A stretch of 64,000 bases of DNA from an uncultured Clostridia bacterium (GCA_900016865.1 FIZI01000016.1:45304-109303); one strand, 5' to 3'; shown: positions 8,864 to 18,620, counted from the stretch's first letter. Made by a program: numbers and translations. Notes: generated by a model not told the origin, from the letters alone.

Positions 8864-11252
8864 CGTACTGGTGACTCTTCAATACAAGCCTGAAATGATA
8901 ATGGAGTACTTCGGAAACGGCAGTGCTCTCGGCATGCACATCCGCTATTTCATTGAAGACCAGCCTCTCGGCACGGCAGGCAGTGTCAAGAGCGTGGAGG
9001 GATATCTAAATGAGCCGTTTCTGGTCGTAAGCGGCGACGCCATGACTGACATCGACTTGACGTCTGCCCTTGACTACCATCGCAGCAAAGGGTCAACTGC
9101 TACCATTGTCTTGACTCGTGTACCTACGCCGCTGGAATACGGTGTAGTAATCATTGATGAGACCGGCCGAATCCGGCGGTTCCTAGAGAAGCCCAGCTGG
9201 AGTGAAGTCTTCAGCGATATGGTGAACACCGGCATATACGTCCTCCAGCCGGAGGTCTTGAGCTGGATTCCCGCAGGGCAGCCGTTTGATTTCAGCAAGG
9301 ACCTATTCCCCAAGCTCCTTGAGTCAGGAGAGCCGATGTACGGATATGAGGCAAAGGGGTATTGGTGCGACGTAGGCAACATAGAGGCGTACGCAGCGAC
9401 ACACATCGACATTCTCGCAGGCAAGCTGGATGTTCCGATCCCGGGCAAGCAGATTCGCACAGGAGTCTGGGTCGAGGATGGAACTCAGATACACCCTACA
9501 GCCGTCCTAAACGCTCCCGCTTACATAGGCAGCCATTGCAAGATCGGTGCTAACGCAGAGATAGGTGCATACTCGGTGCTCGGCGAGCAGATCCTCGTCG
9601 GTGCGAACAGCTCGCTCAAAAGGTCGGTGATCTGGGACAATGTCTACTTGGGCAACGAGGTAGAGATACGGGGAGCCATCCTCTGCGACAGAGTTAGCGT
9701 CAAGGACAGGTGTGCGGTATTTGAAGGCGCCGTGATCGGCCCTGATTCAACAATAGGCCAGAGGGTGATCGTCAAGCCCGGTGTCAAGATCTGGCCTGAC
9801 AAGTTCGTCAGCCCGGGCACGACATTGAGTTCGAGCGTCATATGGGGTTCGACCGCGTTTAGCAGGCTCTTTTGCACTCTGGGAGTGTCCGGTGCCTTCA
9901 ACGTGGAGATCACCTCAGAATTTGCAGCCAAACTCGGGGCGGCGTATGGTTCTCGTTTGAAGGCCGAAGCCCCGGTTATCGTCGCGTCAGACGGGGCGAA
10001 GGCGTCGGACGTGGTGAAGCAGGCCATTTCTGCAGGCATCCTCTCCTCCGGGCGAGACGTGAGGGACATCAAGACCGCGACTATGCCTCTGACTCGCTTC
10101 GCAGTAGCGAAGCTGGGCTCTGTTGGAGGAGTGTACGTATGTCGCTCACCCGGCGATCAGAACGGCATACTCATGCGCTTCATGGACGAGCAGGCACTTG
10201 ATATAGATAGCTCCACACAGAGGGGTATCGAGCGCGACTTCTTTAGCGGTGACTTCTCGAGAGCCCCTGCTTCTGCTTGTGGCAGCATCACAACTGTCCG
10301 AGACATTGGAACTCATTATCTCAAAGAGCTCTTGGCTACGGTCGATCGCGAGGCTGTTAGACGAAGCGGGTTCAAGGCCGTGCTCCAGGTAAACCGCTTG
10401 ACAACATCGCCGTTGGTCCAAAGGCTGATGAGTGAACTCGGTGTTGACGCGGTCATCCTCGATGAGGCCCCTGAGTTCGGCGACTCGTCCGGTGTAGAGA
10501 CCGACGGAGATCGGGTGCTGGAGGGCCTTGTGAGGATCTCGCAGCAGGTGGTGTCATCCGGGGCGGATATAGGCGCTCTGGTGGATTCGAGCGGCGAGCA
10601 CGTCATGCTTGTCGACGAGCTCGGGTCGTCTCTATCGAGCGAGAGCTTCCTCGCACTCCTGTCCCTGATGACACTCAGACAGCGCACAGGCGCCAGAGTA
10701 GTTGCGCCAGTAACTGCCCCAAGAGTCATTGACCGATTGGCCGAGAGGTTCAACGGCGCGGTAGTTCGGACGAAAGCCAATGTGCGGTCAATGATGGAGA
10801 TGATGGTCAGGCAAAAGGTCTCAATCGGAGGTTCTGACCTGCCAAGCTTCCAGCCAGCTTTTGACGCAGTGGCCGCGCTCGCTAGGCTTCTCGAGTTTAT
10901 GGCCAAGGAGGGCGTGTCCCTCTCCAGTATAATGACCCGAGTGCCGCCCATTCACATGGACCGGGCAACCGTAGCATGCCCATGGGACAGGAAGGGGCAA
11001 GTAATGCGCACTCTCATAGAGACCGAGCCAAAGGACAAGATGGAACTCCTCGACGGCATAAAGGTCTACCACGGTTCGGGATGGGCGTTGGTGCTGCCGG
11101 ACTCGGATGAACCCGTATTTCACGTGTACTGCGAAGCCGCGTCAATGGAAAGCGCGATCGAGCTCAAGGAATTGTACGTCTCGAAGATCAACAAGATCAG
11201 CAGCGCTGACGATCCTATGGGCCGGTCTGGAGACAGGACACATGAGCTCTAG
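8721..11252 (+). CDS. NDP-sugar pyrophosphorylase (mannose-1-P guanylyltransferase-like) fused to LbH and phosphohexomutase-like domains
   Basis: AGGKGTRLRPLT..PKPM, FLEKP, YWCDVG; hexapeptide repeats; C-terminal PGM/PMM-like region (DGIKV...LVLPD..EP). Confidence 0.88.
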   Translation: MKAVIMAGGKGTRLRPLTCDRPKPMVPILGKPIMEYILRLLLKHGIRDVLVTLQYKPEMIMEYFGNGSALGMHIRYFIEDQPLGTAGSVKSVEGYLNEPFLVVSGDAMTDIDLTSALDYHRSKGSTATIVLTRVPTPLEYGVVIIDETGRIRRFLEKPSWSEVFSDMVNTGIYVLQPEVLSWIPAGQPFDFSKDLFPKLLESGEPMYGYEAKGYWCDVGNIEAYAATHIDILAGKLDVPIPGKQIRTGVWVEDGTQIHPTAVLNAPAYIGSHCKIGANAEIGAYSVLGEQILVGANSSLKRSVIWDNVYLGNEVEIRGAILCDRVSVKDRCAVFEGAVIGPDSTIGQRVIVKPGVKIWPDKFVSPGTTLSSSVIWGSTAFSRLFCTLGVSGAFNVEITSEFAAKLGAAYGSRLKAEAPVIVASDGAKASDVVKQAISAGILSSGRDVRDIKTATMPLTRFAVAKLGSVGGVYVCRSPGDQNGILMRFMDEQALDIDSSTQRGIERDFFSGDFSRAPASACGSITTVRDIGTHYLKELLATVDREAVRRSGFKAVLQVNRLTTSPLVQRLMSELGVDAVILDEAPEFGDSSGVETDGDRVLEGLVRISQQVVSSGADIGALVDSSGEHVMLVDELGSSLSSESFLALLSLMTLRQRTGARVVAPVTAPRVIDRLAERFNGAVVRTKANVRSMMEMMVRQKVSIGGSDLPSFQPAFDAVAALARLLEFMAKEGVSLSSIMTRVPPIHMDRATVACPWDRKGQVMRTLIETEPKDKMELLDGIKVYHGSGWALVLPDSDEPVFHVYCEAASMESAIELKELYVSKINKISSADDPMGRSGDRTHEL

Positions 11253-11293
11253 CGAACACCGGAGCTAGTGAACCCGATAGAGCTCTAGTGGCG

Positions 11294-12895
11294 TTAGCTG
11301 ACCATGTGTGACGCATAGATGGAGTAGTCGATTTCTGGGAATATGTTGTCCTTCCACTCAAGGTGTGACAGGTAGTCCGGGTCAATGCGGTCCTGCGTTA
11401 TCTGGTCAAACAGCTCCGCAAATCGTCCAACATGGTTCTTGGTTCTCCTTATGGCGTAGTCCACCATGGTCCCGGTCTTCATGATGAACGCCCAGTCGCT
11501 GCTTTGAGCGAGCAGGAGTTCACGGGCTGCCTGGTTGAGGGCGCGTCGAAGTATGCCTTCAGCCTTGGGGTACCTGTTTGCGAGTTCAACCATTTGCCGA
11601 GAGGCTCGGTGCAAGTGTCGGTAGATCCAATCGTTGGTTTCGTTGAGCCATACCTCGCAGTAGCCTTTGAACCCCCAGCTCGACATAGTCGGTGTCGACA
11701 CCTGGTTGTGAGAGTACGACGTGAGGTAATCCGACGGAGTGACAAGGCGGTAAATGTCCTGTTCGTAAGCTGACTTGCGGATCAAGAAATCCAGCCATTC
11801 CGGCCCCTCAAACCACCAGTGCCCAAACAGCTCTGCATCGTACGGCGCAACGACAATGGGTTGCCGATCTAGCAGCGATGCGAGAAACTCCAACTGACGT
11901 TCTCTGTTGAACATGAAGTTGCCCGCATGCAGTGCAGCTTTGTTCAGAGCAGCTTGACGGTTGTATATGGCCTTCTCGTCGGTCTTGCCGGTTATTCTGT
12001 GATACTTTATCCCAGTGTGCCCTCGTATGCCGTTTCGCAGATAGGGGCAGATGTAGTCGTAATCCAGGTCAAATCCTATGTCTCTGTAAAAGTCCCTGTA
12101 GTCGAAGTCTCCCGGGTAGCCTTCGTCTGCACTCCAGACCTGCTTTGATGATTCGGGATCGCGGCCAAAGACTGCTACCCCTGATTGACAGTATATGGGC
12201 GCGTAGACTCCGTACTTCGGCCTGGGGCTCGCGAAGAGAACTCCATGCGTGTCTGCAAACGTATACCTAATCCCATGGCGGGCAAGCGCGGAGTCAACTC
12301 CCGGGTAGAACCCACATTCAGGCAACCAAAACCCAAAGGGGCTGAAGCCGAAATGACGCCTGAAGTGGCTGACGCCTACGGATATCTGAGCTTCGACGGA
12401 TTGGGCTACTTCATCCATGAGCGGCAGAAAACCGTGAGTAGCAGCGCTCGTAATAAGCTCGACTGCACCCACATCGTGCAGGCGTTTGAACCCTGAGAGG
12501 AGATTCCGGTTGTACTTGTTCTCAAAAACCTCCCGGACATGATAGGCCCTCTCTCTGTACATCAAGGCAAGCGAATGGAGCTCTGGGTTAAGAACCGTCC
12601 GCTTGACCTCTTTCTCACATAGATCGATGAGACGATTGACATAATCGACATATCTTTGTTGTAGGAGCGGATCAGTGAGCATCTCCATTAGGGGAGGTGA
12701 CAGTGATACCGTTATCCTGAACTCAACGCCGTCTTCCACTAATCCGTTGAACACATCTAGCAGCGGAATGTACGTTTCAGTGATCGCTTCGTTGAGCCAG
12801 TTGCCTTCCAGGAAGCCATCTGTGTCCGGGTGCTTTACATATGGAAGGTGGGCGTGCAACACGATTGCCACATAGCCCTTAGGTGATTTCTTCAT
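11294..12895 (-). CDS. GH57 1,4-alpha-glucan branching enzyme (DUF1957)
   Basis: LHAHLPYV, FWLPEC (nucleophile Glu), PYDAELFGHWWFEGP (acid/base Asp), ARELLLAQSSDW. Confidence 0.9.
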   Translation of the reverse strand: MKKSPKGYVAIVLHAHLPYVKHPDTDGFLEGNWLNEAITETYIPLLDVFNGLVEDGVEFRITVSLSPPLMEMLTDPLLQQRYVDYVNRLIDLCEKEVKRTVLNPELHSLALMYRERAYHVREVFENKYNRNLLSGFKRLHDVGAVELITSAATHGFLPLMDEVAQSVEAQISVGVSHFRRHFGFSPFGFWLPECGFYPGVDSALARHGIRYTFADTHGVLFASPRPKYGVYAPIYCQSGVAVFGRDPESSKQVWSADEGYPGDFDYRDFYRDIGFDLDYDYICPYLRNGIRGHTGIKYHRITGKTDEKAIYNRQAALNKAALHAGNFMFNRERQLEFLASLLDRQPIVVAPYDAELFGHWWFEGPEWLDFLIRKSAYEQDIYRLVTPSDYLTSYSHNQVSTPTMSSWGFKGYCEVWLNETNDWIYRHLHRASRQMVELANRYPKAEGILRRALNQAARELLLAQSSDWAFIMKTGTMVDYAIRRTKNHVGRFAELFDQITQDRIDPDYLSHLEWKDNIFPEIDYSIYASHMVS

Positions 12896-13739
12896 CGCAG
12901 CGACCTCGTTCCATCGTCCATTTGACGCCGTGTACGTGCGTGCTCTTGCCCTCGAGCGAACTCAAAGCCCCCCACGGGCCAGATGGACTAAACCCGCGGA
13001 CAAGGGCTTCTGAACCCATTAACAGCCTGCGACGGGCTAACCGCGACACGAACCGCTGTTGAAATTCTGGTGAGCTCGGCCCAAAGCCCGCTGACATCCA
13101 ATAAAGCTTGTCAAATCCGCTGAGGACCATCCATTCCTCGTCAGTGACGTCTGAGATCCGGTCTCTCGGAGTTGACACCAGGCCGGACCTGGCGAGAACG
13201 AGCTCGCGGCCAGTCGGAGTTATGATTGCTATGTCTGCGCAGTATGTTCGGTTCGCAGCCGGGACATTGATGTACCAGCTGGTTGCTTCGTCGCCTATTC
13301 CTATGTCCATCCTGCTTCGTATATCGCCAAGAACACCGTCTGTGACATCGTAGACCCGAAGGAGCTTTATGCTCTTGGACCATGCATCACGGCCGTAATC
13401 CCTGCATACGCGTTGCTTGTCCTGCTCCGATACGCTCCAGTAAGCATAGATCCAATAGGGATCGCGAACCATCAGAGTCAGAATGGTCTCGTTGTACCTC
13501 TGAGGAATACGGTATTCCGGAGGGTCCTCCGGAATCGGCGACGTGATTTCAGTGCGGCCCCTAAACTCAGCCGGCGTCGGACTGCTTGGGCTTTGGCGGT
13601 CGAGTTCTGGAGACTTGTGCAAGTACATGCTGGATTGAGAATCACCCACTCGAGTGGAGGAGGGATCGTCATCAGCGCCTATACCTGCGCCTATGTGGTT
13701 GTGCCGAGCCCTGCCGGCATTGCCAGCTGAGTCCTGCAT
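12879..13739 (-). CDS. DUF4912 domain protein
   Basis: LMVRDPYWIYAYW, LRVYDVT, WYI...ARS..VSTPR motifs; start placed at ATG 13739 after GAGGAGG; overlaps the GH57 start by 17 nt. Confidence 0.8.
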   Translation of the reverse strand: MQDSAGNAGRARHNHIGAGIGADDDPSSTRVGDSQSSMYLHKSPELDRQSPSSPTPAEFRGRTEITSPIPEDPPEYRIPQRYNETILTLMVRDPYWIYAYWSVSEQDKQRVCRDYGRDAWSKSIKLLRVYDVTDGVLGDIRSRMDIGIGDEATSWYINVPAANRTYCADIAIITPTGRELVLARSGLVSTPRDRISDVTDEEWMVLSGFDKLYWMSAGFGPSSPEFQQRFVSRLARRRLLMGSEALVRGFSPSGPWGALSSLEGKSTHVHGVKWTMERGRCDEEIT

Positions 13740-13841
13740 TGGGCGGCGATATCCTCCTCGTGTAAAGTGGTACTGGAAGCCGATCTCGTGACTTGGGATC
13801 AATCTGTGAGAGCCATCTAAGCGACGACTGCGTCCATTGCT

Positions 13842-13871
13842 TAATATCGCCGTTCCTGTATGAGTTTATAC
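13842..13871 (-). promoter_or_regulatory. SigF/SigG-like forespore promoter for DUF4912-GH57
   Basis: Minus strand GTATA-N15-GGCGATATTA, a full match to GYATA-N15-GGnnAnAHTR. Confidence 0.6.
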
Positions 13872-13900
13872 TGTAAAACGTCCGGCTGTGGAACACTGCC

Positions 13901-13929
13901 GAATATCCGGGAGAGAGCTGGAGATAATA
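13901..13929 (+). promoter_or_regulatory. SigG/SigF-like promoter for the second GH57
   Basis: GAATA-N14-GGAGATAATA (equivalently GAATA-N17-GATAATA). Confidence 0.4.
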
Positions 13930-14018
13930 AGCAGTAAGGCGCGTTCGAATGCAGAGATGCATTCATGTCTTGACGCGTCAATCTCTTGACCCGGCAGAAC
14001 GCGCTTGGGAGCAACACG

Positions 14019-15677
14019 ATGACGCTAGGGTATTTCTGTTTGGTCCTTCACAGTCATATCCCTTACACAAAGAAAGCTGGCAAATGGCCATTCGGAGAGG
14101 AATGGCTCTACGAAGCAATGGCCGAGACATACATACCTATCCTAGATATACTTGCAGGACTCAACGAGTCGGCCCGGGTGTGTGTAAGCATATCTCCAGT
14201 GCTCATGGAGCAGCTGAGAGATCCGTACATGAATGAGGGTTTCGAGGAATACCTAGGGCAACGTCTGGCTGCAGCATCTGCGGATGTGTCGAGGTTTGCA
14301 GCGACCTCAGACTACCGACTCAAGAAGCTGGCAGAGGGATATGTGGACTACTACGAAAAGGTCAAAGACGCGTATATCCGGGTATGGAATCGCGATCTCT
14401 TGGGGGCCTTTAAGAGTCTCCAGGACCAGGGACGCATTGAAGTCATTACGAGTGCAGCAACTCATGCATATCTGCCGCTCATGGGCGACGAGGCTTCCGT
14501 CAGGCTGCAGCTGCTTGTTGGACGCGAGACCTACAAGGCTTACATGGGCAGAGAGCCTGCAGGCATTTGGCTACCTGAATGCGGTTACAGGCCCAGAGGC
14601 GGAAAAGACCCGCATGGCGGGACTCTGCGGCCTGGAATCGAGCAACACCTAAAGGAGTTGGGAATACACTACTTCCTTGTCGATTCCCATGCGATAGAGG
14701 GCGGTGCGCCGCTTGGCATCTATAGTTCTAGGTTGGCTCACTCATTCCAACATGCCGATGCGGAGAACTCCGCTCATACAGGAAGGAGCACCTTTCGCCC
14801 ATACTACGTAGAGGATTCAGGTGTAGCTGTATTTGGCCGCGACCGGAGGACCGGCTCGCAGGTGTGGTCCAGCGAATGGGGGTATCCCGGAGACGGGAGC
14901 TATCGAGAGTTCCACAAGAGAGACGAGAAGTCAGGTTTTAGATATTGGCGCGTGACAAACAGATTGACCGGGCTTGACAGAAAGGAGCTGTACGACCCGG
15001 ATCAAGCAATGGCCCGCGTCTTTGAGCAATCCACTCACTTTGTCTGCCTGGTGAGAAACCTTCTATCAAGCTTTGCCGCTTCTTCCAAGACTCCCGGTAT
15101 CCTCGTTGCTCCCTATGATATTGAGTTCTTTGGGCACTGGTGGCATGAAGGCCCGCAGTGGCTGCGCCAGGTGTTGACCAAGCTCGCTGAGATTCCGGAA
15201 GTAGAAGTGAGCACTCCAAGCGCTTATCTGTCAAAATACCCGCCAACCGAGGCAGTAAGGCTGAGGGAGAGCTCATGGGGGGTAGGTGGCAAGCACTATG
15301 CCTGGATGAACGAAGCGACCGCTTCGTTGTGGCAGGAGTTGTTTGCTGCAGAGTCTCGGCTAGCCTGTGTGATTGAACAGTGTCGAAACTCATCGGCGTT
15401 CGATACACGAATGGCTAGGCTGATAAACCAAGGTATCAGGGAGCTCATGCTTATGCAGAGCAGTGACTGGCCGTTCCTAATCACGACCGGTCAGGCGGCC
15501 GACTACGCCAGGTCGCGCTTTGCAGAACACAAGGACAGACTCGAGAAGGTCTTGACGGCCGCGGAGGCCCTAGCAGGTGGGTGCTGCGATCAGCGAGTAG
15601 ATGAACTAGAGGAGATCGAGCAGATCGACTCCTTGTTTAGCGGCCTGGAACTGTCCAGTCTGGTCAACTGGAGCTAG
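14019..15677 (+). CDS. Second GH57 1,4-alpha-glucan branching enzyme
   Basis: LHSHIPY, WPFGEEWLYEA, IWLPECG, PYDIEFFGHWWHEGP, QSSDWPFL; start at ATG 14019 (or TTG 13986). Confidence 0.9.
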   Translation: MTLGYFCLVLHSHIPYTKKAGKWPFGEEWLYEAMAETYIPILDILAGLNESARVCVSISPVLMEQLRDPYMNEGFEEYLGQRLAAASADVSRFAATSDYRLKKLAEGYVDYYEKVKDAYIRVWNRDLLGAFKSLQDQGRIEVITSAATHAYLPLMGDEASVRLQLLVGRETYKAYMGREPAGIWLPECGYRPRGGKDPHGGTLRPGIEQHLKELGIHYFLVDSHAIEGGAPLGIYSSRLAHSFQHADAENSAHTGRSTFRPYYVEDSGVAVFGRDRRTGSQVWSSEWGYPGDGSYREFHKRDEKSGFRYWRVTNRLTGLDRKELYDPDQAMARVFEQSTHFVCLVRNLLSSFAASSKTPGILVAPYDIEFFGHWWHEGPQWLRQVLTKLAEIPEVEVSTPSAYLSKYPPTEAVRLRESSWGVGGKHYAWMNEATASLWQELFAAESRLACVIEQCRNSSAFDTRMARLINQGIRELMLMQSSDWPFLITTGQAADYARSRFAEHKDRLEKVLTAAEALAGGCCDQRVDELEEIEQIDSLFSGLELSSLVNWS

Positions 15678-15696
15678 AGGACAGTGTACGGCGTGC

Positions 15697-15722
15697 AGGA
15701 ATTGCGGCAATCATCTGAGAAC
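15697..15722 (+). promoter_or_regulatory. SigH-like promoter upstream of rapZ
   Basis: GCAGGAATT-N12-TGAGAAC. Confidence 0.45.
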
Positions 15723-15775
15723 TCTAACGAGGATCCAATGCAGCACAGATGTGTCAGCAGTGAGGAGGTTCGGCC

Positions 15776-16633
15776 ATGCGAGTAGTGGTCATCACCGGAC
15801 TGTCTGGAGCAGGCAAGAGCGAGGCGATCAAGTCACTTGAGGATATTGGATATTTTTGCATAGATAACCTTCCTCCGGAACTCATTCGCAAGCTGGCTGA
15901 GCTTTTTTCACAGTCGGATCGCACAGTGAATAGGATAGCCCTGGTGGTTGATGTTCGTGCCGGCGCGTCTCTCTCAGACGCTCTTGCAGACTTAGAGGAA
16001 CTCCGCAGGATAGCGGCTGACTTCACAATCTTGTTTCTCGACGCGTCGGATGAGACATTGCTGAGACGATTTAAGGAGACGAGACGCAGGCATCCTTTGG
16101 GTTCTGAGGGCGGTATTCTCGAGGGTATTCGGCGTGAGCGGCAGCTCCTGGCGGCCATTAAGTCAGCCTCGGACCAAGTGATAGATACATCGGGTATTAC
16201 ATCTCGCCAGCTGCGCAACAGACTTGTCGAGCTTTTCAGCGAGGACGCCAGATTTGATACGTTCTCCATTACAGTCGTCTCCTTTGGGTTTAAGTATGGC
16301 ATACCTCTGGACGCAGATCTCGTGTTTGATTGTAGGTTTTTGCCAAACCCATATTGGGTTGAATCGCTTAAACCAATGCAAGGGACAGACCCTGAAGTGC
16401 GGGAATACGTTCTGAAGTGGCCTGTAACAAAAGAGTACATCGAACGTCTCAAAGACCTGTTGGAGTTTCTCGTTCCGAACTACATCGAAGAGGGTAGGAG
16501 CCACCTGATCATCGGAATCGGATGTACGGGAGGGCGTCACAGGTCTGTAGTCCTTGCTGAGGAGATAGTATCTCACTTGACACACCTTGGGTACTCGGCA
16601 GGCTTGGAGCACAGGGACATGAGCGCTAACTGA
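15776..16633 (+). CDS. rapZ: RNase adapter RapZ (YvcJ)
   Basis: ITGLSGAGKS, CIDNLP, ETRRRHPL, SFGFKYG..D.RFLPNP, GCTGGRHRSV. Confidence 0.95.
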   Translation: MRVVVITGLSGAGKSEAIKSLEDIGYFCIDNLPPELIRKLAELFSQSDRTVNRIALVVDVRAGASLSDALADLEELRRIAADFTILFLDASDETLLRRFKETRRRHPLGSEGGILEGIRRERQLLAAIKSASDQVIDTSGITSRQLRNRLVELFSEDARFDTFSITVVSFGFKYGIPLDADLVFDCRFLPNPYWVESLKPMQGTDPEVREYVLKWPVTKEYIERLKDLLEFLVPNYIEEGRSHLIIGIGCTGGRHRSVVLAEEIVSHLTHLGYSAGLEHRDMSAN

Positions 16634-16652
16634 TTGAGAGGGATCACGTCAA

Positions 16653-18008
16653 TTGGCATTCCTTAAGTGGCTATATCCGGGGATGGGTTTGAAACGGTGG
16701 TTCTTCTTGGCGGTCCTTGGAGGCCTTATGGCCGGGCTCGGACTTGACTGCCTGTTCGGTGAAAGCATCTTGTCATTTGCTGGCCGAGCGCTAGACCGAG
16801 TCGGTGTCCAGTTTACCACGGACACGGAGGTCAGGTGTTCAGTGGCGGCAGTGCTGTTGGTCACGGGGATTCTTTGCATCGCGTTTGGCCTGGCGATGGC
16901 TATCAAACGCGTTGTCTTGGCTGTGAGGCCTGGATATGGGGGCCGCATTGCAGATGCAGTGCTCAATGACAGCACACTCAGGAGAGGGCCTTCGGTAGTC
17001 GTGATTGGAGGCGGGACCGGACTCTCTACCTTACTGCGGGGCCTTAAGCAATACACCAGCAACATTACAGCTATCGTCACTGTCACTGACGACGGAGGAA
17101 GCTCGGGCCGCCTGAGAAATGAACTCGGAATCCTTCCTCCCGGCGACATACGCAATTGCCTCGTTGCACTTGCCGACACGGAGCCGCTGATGGAGCAGCT
17201 CTTGCAGTATCGGTTTAGGTGCGGTTCGGGACTGAACGGCCACAGTTTTGGCAACTTGTTGATCGCTGCATTGACTGAGCTTTCAGGCGATTTTGAGTTG
17301 GCAGTGAGGGAGTCTAGCAAGGTCTTGGCGGTCCGGGGCCGAGTGCTCCCCTCTACACTGAGTGATGTAACTATTTGCGCGGAGCTGATCGACGGATCCA
17401 TAGTTCGGGGCGAAACGACCCTTTCAGCACAAGACAAGCCGATACGCCGAGTCTTCATCGAGCCGCAGGACTGCACTCCTCTGGCTGATGCAGTAGAGGC
17501 TATAGGAGAGGCCGATGCAATCGTTCTGGGGCCCGGCAGCTTGTACACTAGTGTGATTCCCAATCTGTTGGTCAGGCAACTGACCGCAGAGATCGCCGCA
17601 TCTCGAGCTCCTAAGATCTACGTGTGCAACGTAATGACTCAAAAGGGTGAAACAGACAACTACGGCGTCTTCGATCATGTCAAGGCTATTCTAGACCATT
17701 CGGTTGACGGCCTATTAGACTATTGCGTAGTCAACGACGGCCGAGTCTCTGAGCCCCTCCTCAAGCGGTACAGCGAGATGTCTCAGCACGTAGTCAGAGA
17801 TGATTCGAAGCGGGTCGCCGCACTTGGAATCCGTGTCGTGAAGGCAAACGTGGTCAGTGAGACTGAAGTAGTGCGGCATGATCCCATAAAGCTGGCGTCT
17901 GTCCTTATGCAGCTCATTGCAGAGATCAGAGAGGCGCAAGAGCCGAAGCCCACTGTTCGCAGGTTCGTTTGCCGCATGTTCAGGCGGAGAGAGTACATCC
18001 GGTCGTAG
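16653..18008 (+). CDS. yvcK: YvcK/GlmR gluconeogenesis factor with N-terminal TM helices
   Basis: GGGTGLSTLLRGLK, DDGGSSGRLR, PPGDIRNCL, GPGSLYTS, RHDP. Confidence 0.93.
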   Translation: MAFLKWLYPGMGLKRWFFLAVLGGLMAGLGLDCLFGESILSFAGRALDRVGVQFTTDTEVRCSVAAVLLVTGILCIAFGLAMAIKRVVLAVRPGYGGRIADAVLNDSTLRRGPSVVVIGGGTGLSTLLRGLKQYTSNITAIVTVTDDGGSSGRLRNELGILPPGDIRNCLVALADTEPLMEQLLQYRFRCGSGLNGHSFGNLLIAALTELSGDFELAVRESSKVLAVRGRVLPSTLSDVTICAELIDGSIVRGETTLSAQDKPIRRVFIEPQDCTPLADAVEAIGEADAIVLGPGSLYTSVIPNLLVRQLTAEIAASRAPKIYVCNVMTQKGETDNYGVFDHVKAILDHSVDGLLDYCVVNDGRVSEPLLKRYSEMSQHVVRDDSKRVAALGIRVVKANVVSETEVVRHDPIKLASVLMQLIAEIREAQEPKPTVRRFVCRMFRRREYIRS

Positions 18009-18044
18009 GGTCTCGATTGGAACGTAAGTCCGTTCGTGCCTATC

Positions 18045-18620
18045 CTATCCAAAGACTAACGTGCACACAATGATTGATGCCAAGAAACCGACTATATCGG
18101 CTATCAGGCCTGTCCAGACAGCATGTCTTACTCTGCGTATCCCGACTGCGCCGAAGTACACGGTGACAATGTAAAAGGTCGTGTCTGCACTTCCTTGGAT
18201 GGTGGACGCCATCCGTCCGATCATTGAATCAGGCCCATGGGTGGACAGCAGGTCTGCGAGAATGCCCAGCGAGCCGCTGCCTGACAATGGCCGCACTATG
18301 AGAAGCGGCACCACTTCGACGGGCACTCCTATGACATTCAGGACCGGAGACAGGACTGAGGCAGCCATATCGAGTGCGCCCGAAGCCCGCAGGATCCCAA
18401 GAGCCAGGAACATCGCGAGTAGAAACGGCAGGATCCTCAAGGCCACCGAAACGCCGTCCTTTGCTCCTTTTACGAACTCTTCGTAGACCGGCACCCTTTT
18501 GTAAGCACCCCAGACGAGAATTGCGATGATCAACAGTGGTACAGCAAGCGCCGAGGCGCTTTGGATGGTGCCGACCAGTCTCTCAAGCAGTACTGACTTT
18601 GCCAGCATTGGCACAGTCAC
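18045..18620 (-). CDS. spmB: Spore maturation protein B
   Basis: VYEEFVKGAKDG, RPLSGSGS, GPDS..G..AST..GS..TTFY. Confidence 0.92.
   Translation of the reverse strand: MTVPMLAKSVLLERLVGTIQSASALAVPLLIIAILVWGAYKRVPVYEEFVKGAKDGVSVALRILPFLLAMFLALGILRASGALDMAASVLSPVLNVIGVPVEVVPLLIVRPLSGSGSLGILADLLSTHGPDSMIGRMASTIQGSADTTFYIVTVYFGAVGIRRVRHAVWTGLIADIVGFLASIIVCTLVFG

Noticed and set aside
16649..17563. 304-aa antisense ORF
   Set aside because: Shadow of yvcK; no motifs.
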